Part shown: positions 49,593-57,020 of the stretch, in pieces
How the letters are laid out: the number at the start of each line of letters is the position of its first letter
How positions within the stretch are numbered: position 1 is the stretch's first letter
NCBI GenBank assembly: GCA_965279035.1
Contig: OZ257142.1
Location: forward strand, 2,304,001 to 2,368,000
Origin: Bacteroidia bacterium
GTDB taxonomy: Bacteria; Bacteroidota; Bacteroidia; M30B66
Direction: 5' to 3'
DNA length: 64,000 nt
Program-made: the position numbers and the translations under genes
Notes under the pieces: generated by a model
What the model was told of the DNA's origin: nothing
The model's database searches: none
The model's input: only the letters and a program-made list of their open reading frames with translations

Positions 49593-49720
49593 CAAAGAAA
49601 AAAGAACCAAAAAAGAAACTTAAAACAACAAACAATAAACTACTTTAACAAAGTAGAAAGTGATAATAAAAAGTCAACCTATTTTAGGCAAGGACAGATA
49701 CAAAGTACTCGATCATGTCT

Positions 49721-49748
49721 TAATACATAATACGTAATACATAAAACT
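49721..49748. repeat. Right, inverted 7-nt tandem repeat array
   Basis: TAATACA TAATACG TAATACA TAAAACT; reverse complement gives nGTATTA units. Confidence 0.65.
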
Positions 49749-49750
49749 TG

Positions 49751-49790
49751 AAAAAGGGCTTTCCAGCGATGGAGGGCCTTTTTTGTTTTT
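49751..49790 (+). terminator. Rho-independent terminator (probably the original hppA terminator)
   Basis: AAAAAGGGCTTTCCA-GCGA-TGGAGGGCCTTTTTT. Confidence 0.8.
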
Positions 49791-49829
49791 GGGTGGACTT
49801 CTTTAATAAAGTAGTTTCGTTTCAGGATT

Positions 49830-50591
49830 ATGAAAAACGCCTCTCAGCCTTTTGCGCAAATCACCATTCCAAGTCCTTGTCGGGAAGATTGGACGGAGAT
49901 GGAATTGACTGATTCGGGAAGGTTTTGTAGTCAATGCAAAAAGTCGGTGATGGATTTTACCCATTTTAAGGATCAGCAACTGCAGGAATATTTAGAGCGG
50001 AATCGACGTGCACACATATGTGGACGAATTCCCATTTCAATGTTGAATAAGCCTTTAGATCTTCCTACTGTAAAGCAGCGATATTCAGGCTGGTGGGTTT
50101 GGGCGGCACTTGCTGGCAGTGGTTTGACACTTCAAGCTCAAGTGGAAGCTGAAATGGTTCAGGTAGAAGATCAAAACACGGATATTGAATTATCAATTCT
50201 TGTTGAAGCAGATTCTGGTTTTATTCACGTGAAGGGATTTATTGAAGATAAGGTGACAAGTGAGCGCTTGCCGTTCGCAATTTTAGACGTCTATCGGAAA
50301 AGTTTTAAATGTGTTACAGATGTGAATGGTGAATTTGATTTGAAAATCCCAGCCAATCTAAAATCAGATGAAAAAATTGATATCACTATTTCATATGTGG
50401 GTTATCAAACGAAACATTTCGATTTCGTATTTGCACAGTTAATTGCATTAGAAGGTTCTGCTTTAAAACTCCAATTGGATTTATCAGAGAATATCATCAT
50501 TGGTGAAGTCATTTATGTAAGACCGCCTTGGCATAAACGAGTGTTGTATAAAGTGAAACGGATTTTCAAACACAAACGTCATGAAATCTAA
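49830..50591 (+). CDS. Cys-motif N-domain protein with carboxypeptidase-regulatory-like domain
   Basis: IPSPC.E.W..M, FC..C.K.V.DF and CGR motifs; hydrophobic segment; G.I.D...E.LPFA and SYVGY. Confidence 0.75.
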   Translation: MKNASQPFAQITIPSPCREDWTEMELTDSGRFCSQCKKSVMDFTHFKDQQLQEYLERNRRAHICGRIPISMLNKPLDLPTVKQRYSGWWVWAALAGSGLTLQAQVEAEMVQVEDQNTDIELSILVEADSGFIHVKGFIEDKVTSERLPFAILDVYRKSFKCVTDVNGEFDLKIPANLKSDEKIDITISYVGYQTKHFDFVFAQLIALEGSALKLQLDLSENIIIGEVIYVRPPWHKRVLYKVKRIFKHKRHEI

Positions 50592-51372
50592 TAAGTTGAT
50601 ACTTGATGTGCCGCATCCATGTTCGGAAACTTGGGACGAAATGCAAGCTATTGATACCGGAAAGTATTGTAAGACTTGCGCTAAGTGTGTGACCGATTTT
50701 GCAGGTTTTACAGATCAAGAGTTAATTCGTTATTTCAGCACTATTTCTGGTGAAACCTGTGGTCGATTTAGAGTTGAACAATTGAATCGTACGATTGTGC
50801 CAGCTCATGTAAAACGGAATAGCATTCATCCTAGCGGTCTTTGGCTTGCTGGTTTGATGGGCATAAGTGGATTAACTGTGAATGCTCAGAAAAGTGATCT
50901 AAGTTCAAAACAGGAATCCTGTGCTCAAGTGAAACCGATTCAAGTGTTGGAAGGAATGGGCGTGTATCCCTTTAAAGAAGATCATTTTCACGGACAAGCA
51001 ATTGGAATCAATCAGAAGATTTTACCTGGAGCAGTGATTTCGTATGTGGAAGGCCGGATTGCCAAGGGATTGATTGCAGATTCTTTGGGTCGATTTACTA
51101 TTCATCGTGGAGAGTTGAACGATTCTGTTATTACGCTAACGGTGATGGTGAACGAAGATGGGTTGAAGCATATTAGCATGGTGGAGGAAATGAAAACGAT
51201 TGAAATTATTTTCAATCAAAGTGCTTGGGATAATGGAGAATATGTGGTAGGAAGATTACCCTATCACAGGGATGAAGTCGCATTGAAAATAGAACGAAAG
51301 CGCGGATTCAAACGATTTTTTTATATCCTGTTTCATTTTCGTAAATGGTTGAAATGGAAACGCAGATTCTGA
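50581..51372 (+). CDS. Tandem paralog with the same Cys-motif N-domain
   Basis: VPHPC.E.W..M, YC..C.K.V.DF and CGR motifs; hydrophobic segment; basic C-terminal helix. Confidence 0.72.
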   Translation: MKSNKLILDVPHPCSETWDEMQAIDTGKYCKTCAKCVTDFAGFTDQELIRYFSTISGETCGRFRVEQLNRTIVPAHVKRNSIHPSGLWLAGLMGISGLTVNAQKSDLSSKQESCAQVKPIQVLEGMGVYPFKEDHFHGQAIGINQKILPGAVISYVEGRIAKGLIADSLGRFTIHRGELNDSVITLTVMVNEDGLKHISMVEEMKTIEIIFNQSAWDNGEYVVGRLPYHRDEVALKIERKRGFKRFFYILFHFRKWLKWKRRF

Positions 51373-51426
51373 ATTACGTTTTCATGAAGATGCTTAATTT
51401 ATTATATAAGTAGATTTTTAGAAGAA

Positions 51427-51520
51427 GCGGTAAGGATTGAATGGATAGCCCGGAGACTAAGCCGTAGCTTATGCGAAGGCTTAAAGCGAGGACTAGGAAT
51501 GAAAGCCTGCCCGACCGCCC
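51427..51520. repeat. GC-rich structured intergenic repeat, copy 2
   Basis: GCGGT...ACCGC terminal pairing and TAAGCC-GTA-GC-TTAT-GC-GAA-GGCTTA hairpin; shares AGCCCGGA with copy 1. Confidence 0.65.
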
Positions 51521-51624
51521 TAAAACAAATAAACAATATTGTTTGTTTTTTACTGAAAAATTGAAAAGGTGGAACTTGGCTATGCGCCCGATTTCATGTA
51601 GGTTTGGGCTTTGATCCTATACGC

Positions 51625-52371
51625 ATGAAATTACTTCAAGACAAAGTGGCCATTATTACTGGAGCCACCCGCGGAATTGGTCGCGGTATCGCTTTAAAAT
51701 TTGCTGAACATGGCGCCAACGTGGCTTTTACATACATGTCGAGTGCTCAAAAAGCTTTAGAACTCGAAGAGGAATTAAAAGCCCTTGGAGTAAAAGCGAA
51801 AGGCTATCATTCGGATGCAGCTGAATTTGCGGCTGCAGAAGCTTTAGTGAATGATGTTGTAGCTGAATTTGGCACGCTTCACATTGTGGTTAATAATGCT
51901 GGAATTACTAAAGATGGTTTGCTCATGCGTATGAGTGAAGAACAATTCGATTCTGTAATTCATACTAATTTGAAGTCGGTTTTTAATCTTACTAAAGCGG
52001 CTATCAAACCGATGTTGAAGAATCGCTATGGCGCTTTTGTGAATATGAGTTCGGTTGTAGGTGGAAGTGGAAATGCTGGACAAGCCAACTACGCCGCATC
52101 GAAAGCTGGTATTGAAGGATTTACTAAATCGGTTGCTCAGGAATTAGGGTCAAGAAATATTCGCAGCAACGCCATTGCTCCCGGATTTATCGAAACCGAA
52201 ATGACTGCAGAATTGAGCGATGATGTAAAAGGAAAATGGATAGAAGGAATTCCAATGAAACGTGGCGGTACACCAGAAGATGTGGCGAACGCTACAGTTT
52301 TTTTAGCTTCTGATATGGCGGCGTATGTCAATGGACAAGTTTTAAACGTTTGTGGTGGAATGCGCACCTAA
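51625..52371 (+). CDS. fabG: 3-oxoacyl-ACP reductase
   Basis: TGATRGIG, NNAGIT, YAASK and PGFIET motifs. TAGGTTTG promoter box at 51599-51606. Confidence 0.95.
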   Translation: MKLLQDKVAIITGATRGIGRGIALKFAEHGANVAFTYMSSAQKALELEEELKALGVKAKGYHSDAAEFAAAEALVNDVVAEFGTLHIVVNNAGITKDGLLMRMSEEQFDSVIHTNLKSVFNLTKAAIKPMLKNRYGAFVNMSSVVGGSGNAGQANYAASKAGIEGFTKSVAQELGSRNIRSNAIAPGFIETEMTAELSDDVKGKWIEGIPMKRGGTPEDVANATVFLASDMAAYVNGQVLNVCGGMRT

Positions 52372-52403
52372 GTGTTGCATAATTTAATTAACCAGATTTT
52401 CTC

Positions 52404-54494
52404 TTGAGCCTCGAATTTGTTTTTCAGTATCCTGCTTGGTTTTTGGTTTTTTGCCTGATACTCGGGTTTGTTTATGCCTGGATTTTATATCGCAAAAGTT
52501 CCGAATTAAAGGAAGCAAAGCCTTGGTTAATAAAACTCTTGTTTGGATTACGCTTTACGGCGGTTAGTATCCTTGCGTTTTTACTTCTTTCTCCATTGAT
52601 TAAATTAATCACGAGAGAGAGTGAAAAACCCGTTATTATTTTATTGCAAGACAATACCGAATCCATTGTTCAAGTAAAGGATTCGGCGTTTTACCGAAAA
52701 GAGTATCCGGGTTTAATTTCTGAGTTTCAAAACAAACTGGAAGAGTCATATGAATTCAAATCCTACAGTTTTGATCATGAACTCAATGATTCATTTCGAA
52801 TCGATTTTAAAGGGAAAGAGACCGATATCGCAGAGGCTTATAAAACCATTACGAATCTGTATTTGAATCGAAATGTTGGGGCAATCATTTTAGCTTCCGA
52901 TGGAATTTACAATAAAGGTTCAAATCCACTTTATTCTATAAACGAACTCAAAGCACCAATTTATACCGTTGCTATGGGCGATACTACCTTGCAACGCGAT
53001 TTATTTATTGGTAGAATCAATCACAATCAACTCGCTTATCTCAACAATACCTTTCCGGTTGAAGTGGTTGTGAATGCAAACAAACTTTCTGGCAAAACCG
53101 CTACAATCAAGGTGGAGCGAGAAGGCGTTGTGCTTGCAACACAGGCCATTCAAATACAAGGTTCCACCTATACACAAACATTTCCGTTTCAGCTCAAAGC
53201 CGATAAGTCGGGTGTTCAACGTTACCGTGTTTCCTTAAGTGCCATTGATGGCGAATACACTTTAGCAAATAATTCGCGTGATTTCTTTATTGAAGTCATC
53301 GACAGCCGTCAGAAAATTCTCATTTTGGCTGATGCTCCTCATCCGGATATTGCAGCCATTCGTCAAAGTTTGCAATCGAATGAGAATTACGAAGTAGAGG
53401 TGAAGTTGGCAAGTGAATTTACAGGTTCTGTAAAACAATACAGTTTAGTGATAATGCATCAATTGCCGAGCATGAGTAATATGGCTCAACGCATTACACA
53501 AGAATTGCAAGCGGCTTCTATTCCTACTTGGTTTATTGCAGGAAGCGCGAGTTTAACCGGTGCATTAAATGCGGTTCAACCTCACGTTCAATTAAATGGA
53601 GCAAAAGGGACAGTAAATGAAGCAATGCCTCGTTTGAACAAAGATTTTGCTCTCTTTACTTTAAGTGACGATTTCAAAAAATCACTTATCGATTTTGAGC
53701 CTTTGCAAGTGCCATACGCGAATTATCGTTTACAGGCTTCGGCAGCTGTTTTATTAAAACAGAAAATTGGCTCAGTAGAAACTGACTATCCCTTGTTTGT
53801 TTTTTCGGCCGATTCGGATCGCAAAATGGGGGTGTTATTAGGCGAAGGAATTTGGCGTTGGCGTTTACATGATTATTTGGTGAACGATGATCATGTGCTA
53901 TTTGATGAATTCATTTCCAAAATTGTTCAATACCTCAGTGTTCGCAACGAACGTAGGAATTTCAGAATAGTAACAAAAAACAGCTTTAATGAAAACGAAG
54001 CCGTTACGTTCGAAGCCGAAGTGTACAATGCTTCATACGAATTGATTAATCAACCTGATGTTTTGCTGAATGTATTCGATAATTCAAATCGGAAATATGC
54101 ATACAGCATGAGCCGCACTTCGAATTCCTATTCATTGAATGCAGGAAACATGCGTGCTGGAGAATATCGCTATGAAGCATCTGTTAACGTTGGTGGTAAA
54201 ATTTATACAGCAAACGGACGATTTGTTGTGAAGCCAGTTTTAGCGGAATTGAGTTCCATCACTGCCGATCATACCTTATTACAAACATTAGCAAGCCGAA
54301 ATGGTGGTGAGCTATATTATCCGCGTGACTTACTAAAATTGGTAGATAAAATTAAAGCGCGAGAAGATGTAAAACCACTTTCTCGAAGTGAAGTTCAACT
54401 CAAAGAAATGATTCAGGTAAAATGGATTTTCTTTTTGATTTTGTTGCTTTTAGGAACTGAATGGTTTCTTAGAAGAAGAAATGGTTCCTATTAA
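52404..54494 (+). CDS. vWA-domain membrane protein with Ig-like domains
   Basis: Two N-terminal TM helices, D-x-T-x-S, SDG and IWRW motifs, C-terminal TM with EWFLRRRNG. Confidence 0.8.
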   Translation: MSLEFVFQYPAWFLVFCLILGFVYAWILYRKSSELKEAKPWLIKLLFGLRFTAVSILAFLLLSPLIKLITRESEKPVIILLQDNTESIVQVKDSAFYRKEYPGLISEFQNKLEESYEFKSYSFDHELNDSFRIDFKGKETDIAEAYKTITNLYLNRNVGAIILASDGIYNKGSNPLYSINELKAPIYTVAMGDTTLQRDLFIGRINHNQLAYLNNTFPVEVVVNANKLSGKTATIKVEREGVVLATQAIQIQGSTYTQTFPFQLKADKSGVQRYRVSLSAIDGEYTLANNSRDFFIEVIDSRQKILILADAPHPDIAAIRQSLQSNENYEVEVKLASEFTGSVKQYSLVIMHQLPSMSNMAQRITQELQAASIPTWFIAGSASLTGALNAVQPHVQLNGAKGTVNEAMPRLNKDFALFTLSDDFKKSLIDFEPLQVPYANYRLQASAAVLLKQKIGSVETDYPLFVFSADSDRKMGVLLGEGIWRWRLHDYLVNDDHVLFDEFISKIVQYLSVRNERRNFRIVTKNSFNENEAVTFEAEVYNASYELINQPDVLLNVFDNSNRKYAYSMSRTSNSYSLNAGNMRAGEYRYEASVNVGGKIYTANGRFVVKPVLAELSSITADHTLLQTLASRNGGELYYPRDLLKLVDKIKAREDVKPLSRSEVQLKEMIQVKWIFFLILLLLGTEWFLRRRNGSY

Positions 54495-54925
54495 AGTCGA
54501 GAATAATATCTCCGAACATCGATGATAAATGGAGCAGACTGAATGCTCTTTTTTTCTCCTTGACTAAAATATTCTAAGCGTGCTTTAATTAGTGCATCGC
54601 CTCGATAATTTTCTGGTATGTAGAGCAATATTGAATAGTTCAAGGTATCCTTTGATGGGAAATCGAACCATACAGTTTTGATGACCGAACCTTCTTGACT
54701 ACTATTTTCTTCATTATTCACGAATCTCCTCATTTGCCAACCATTGGGTAGTTCAGTGATTAATCGTGCAGGTCCAATAAACTGATTGCGCACAATGACT
54801 GCATTCACAGTAGTACTCAATCCAAAACGTGCTTGTGTTGGTCCGTTTAGGAAAAGGTGTGGTTGAGCAAATCCGCTAGAACTCAACAAGAGAATGGAAG
54901 CAATACTATTGATCACGAAACGCAT
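54491..54925 (-). CDS. Hypothetical exported beta-sandwich protein
   Basis: Signal peptide ending FA-Q; overlaps the upstream gene. Confidence 0.6.
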   Translation of the reverse strand: MRFVINSIASILLLSSSGFAQPHLFLNGPTQARFGLSTTVNAVIVRNQFIGPARLITELPNGWQMRRFVNNEENSSQEGSVIKTVWFDFPSKDTLNYSILLYIPENYRGDALIKARLEYFSQGEKKSIQSAPFIIDVRRYYSRL

Positions 54926-56264
54926 ACGTCATTGCTTTTTGAAATAGTTCTACCGTAATTCCATTTTTACCTTCAAACAAGTCGTTTGCTGCTTTTTCAA
55001 GTTCGCTGATGCTAATAAATTGATCATTGTTTGAATCAATTTTTTGAAACTCAAGAGGGAATTTCAAAGCTTCATTTTTTACTCGAACTCGCCATTCTGG
55101 ATGAACTTCTAACAAGATATTCCACTGTTTGAGATTTTCTTCGGACATGTATTTTTTAACAGGATAAGGTCTTGAGTTTCGATTAATTTTTCTCAATACT
55201 TGGACAAAATAGCTACTAGAATCAGCATAATGTTCTTTTACCCAGTGTTCATCTCGTTCAACACCATTGTTGTCAACCCAGGTGTATTTGGGCGTTTGAA
55301 GCTGTTGATCAATAAAATCGGGAATTCCATCTTCATCACTATCGGCAGTGCAACCGTTTTTATCGACCGGAAATCCTTTGGGTGTTCCAGCACATCGATC
55401 ATTCATGTCGTTCACTCCATCTCCATCTTCATCGGCATACCATATAGAAGCAAAATCAACGTCTTTATAATGTATTTGTGGATTCACATCCTGTTTGTTT
55501 TTCTTATTACGTGCTGGATTTACATTCAATGTAAATTTCAATCTTCCTGAAATTTGGTTGATATTATCCCATTGAGGATTATCGGTATTGCGATCCAAAT
55601 TATCCGATTGTAGAAAAAAACTTTTCCAACTAAAATCAATGGCAATCCGATGGGTTATTTGTGCCGAAACACCAATTTCTAAAGGAAAACAAATGCTTTT
55701 CTGAGCTATTGCTAATGGAGATTCATACGTGTAATCTCGAAGCAATAAACTGGAATTTGATTGATTAAATGAAGCTTCAGGTAAGTTACGAATAGTGCCA
55801 TCACTCCAATAATGATAGAGTATTCCGTTTTTATCTTTTAAGTCTGTGTAGGAATTAAATGTCATAAAAGAAACGCCAAGCATTGCATACATGTTCAACG
55901 TTTTTCCCTCATTAGGATTAAACAAGGAACGACCTAGTTGAATTCCATAATGCTGAAAAGTAGATTGAAAATTTATTCTATTCAAACTTGATTGTTCATT
56001 CCAAGTAATTTGTCCGGTTGACCCAAACAGATTCGATTTCCAAGCTTGATAGCCAACATGTAAAGAAGCACCATAGCATATATTTCCACTAGAAAATTTA
56101 CTGAACGATTGATCTCCTCGAAATCTTAGAAATCCAGATTCAACAGAAAGTTCAGTTCGAAAGAGTGGATTAATTCCCGACATTCTCACTTGTGACGATA
56201 AGTGTCCAAGGTTCGATATCAGAATTAAAAAAAGTAAAAATAGGCGATGGTGAAAGCTGCTCAT
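54906..56264 (-). CDS. Outer-membrane beta-barrel protein with thrombospondin type-3 repeats and an EF-hand
   Basis: DEDGDGVND..DRC..TP...VD..GC..DSDEDGIPD repeats and DSNNDQFISISE loop. Likely start at 56264. Confidence 0.7.
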   Translation of the reverse strand: MSSFHHRLFLLFLILISNLGHLSSQVRMSGINPLFRTELSVESGFLRFRGDQSFSKFSSGNICYGASLHVGYQAWKSNLFGSTGQITWNEQSSLNRINFQSTFQHYGIQLGRSLFNPNEGKTLNMYAMLGVSFMTFNSYTDLKDKNGILYHYWSDGTIRNLPEASFNQSNSSLLLRDYTYESPLAIAQKSICFPLEIGVSAQITHRIAIDFSWKSFFLQSDNLDRNTDNPQWDNINQISGRLKFTLNVNPARNKKNKQDVNPQIHYKDVDFASIWYADEDGDGVNDMNDRCAGTPKGFPVDKNGCTADSDEDGIPDFIDQQLQTPKYTWVDNNGVERDEHWVKEHYADSSSYFVQVLRKINRNSRPYPVKKYMSEENLKQWNILLEVHPEWRVRVKNEALKFPLEFQKIDSNNDQFISISELEKAANDLFEGKNGITVELFQKAMTYAFRDQ

Positions 56265-56319
56265 CAATGGCGTAAAATTGCAGAAAATTCTGTTCTGCAA
56301 TGCCTCAATTCCGATAAGA

Positions 56320-56901
56320 ATGAACAGGGACATTCTTTTAATTGATAATTATGATTCGTTTACCTTCAATTTGGTTCACCTCATTGAAGCTATTTATGGT
56401 ATTCGTCCTAGGGTTTTACGTGTAGATGATGTAAAAGAAGAAGATATTTTAAACTCCATAGCTGTTGTTATTTCTCCTGGCCCAGGTTTGCCAAATGAAA
56501 TGGGACCATTAATGAAATGGGTAAAATTGTCTGTTGAAAATAAAGCTGTATTAGGTGTTTGTTTGGGACATCAAGCCATTGCTCAATTTTATGGAGCCAG
56601 CTTAAAACAATTGAATGAGGTATTTCATGGTATTTCAAGATCAGGATATGTAGTTCAAAAATTTCCTATGTATCAATCTATATCCGAAACTTTTGAAGCA
56701 GGCAGCTACCATTCTTGGACTGTGAATCCAATCGATTTCCCTGATTGTTTGCAAATAACGGCAATTGATCAAGCGAATGAAATCCTCTCTTACATTCATC
56801 TTTCAAAACCTATTTGGGGAGTTCAATATCACCCTGAATCGATTCTAACTCCTTGCGGAAAACAATTGATGGAAAATTGGATTTCTAGCTGGAATAGCTA
56901 A
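56320..56901 (+). CDS. Anthranilate/aminodeoxychorismate synthase glutamine amidotransferase subunit (TrpG/PabA)
   Basis: IDNYDSFT, SPGPG, GVCLGHQ, YHS and QYHPES motifs. Confidence 0.93.
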   Translation: MNRDILLIDNYDSFTFNLVHLIEAIYGIRPRVLRVDDVKEEDILNSIAVVISPGPGLPNEMGPLMKWVKLSVENKAVLGVCLGHQAIAQFYGASLKQLNEVFHGISRSGYVVQKFPMYQSISETFEAGSYHSWTVNPIDFPDCLQITAIDQANEILSYIHLSKPIWGVQYHPESILTPCGKQLMENWISSWNS

Positions 56902-57020
56902 TTATCAAGTTTGTTCATCAACATTTGAGTGTTCGTAATCAGGTCGATTTTAGAAGTTTAAAAGATGAATAGTTAGGATTAAGAACTTATTTTCGTCTGA
57001 TAAATCTTACCTTAAGAGAC

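Larger units (their letters stand above)
48259..49696 (+). mobile_element. IS3-family insertion sequence (1438 bp)
   Basis: IRL TGTCCGTGACTGAAATAGGTTGAC versus IRR reverse complement TGTCCTTGCCTAAAATAGGTTGAC (21/24 match); TG...CA ends; GAT duplication at 48256-48258 and 49697-49699; orfA and orfB. Confidence 0.94.

Noticed and set aside
56320-56901. Orphan trpG/pabA linked to tnaA as a tryptophan module
   Set aside because: It is about 15 kb away with no shared regulatory signal seen, and its partner subunit is probably elsewhere.
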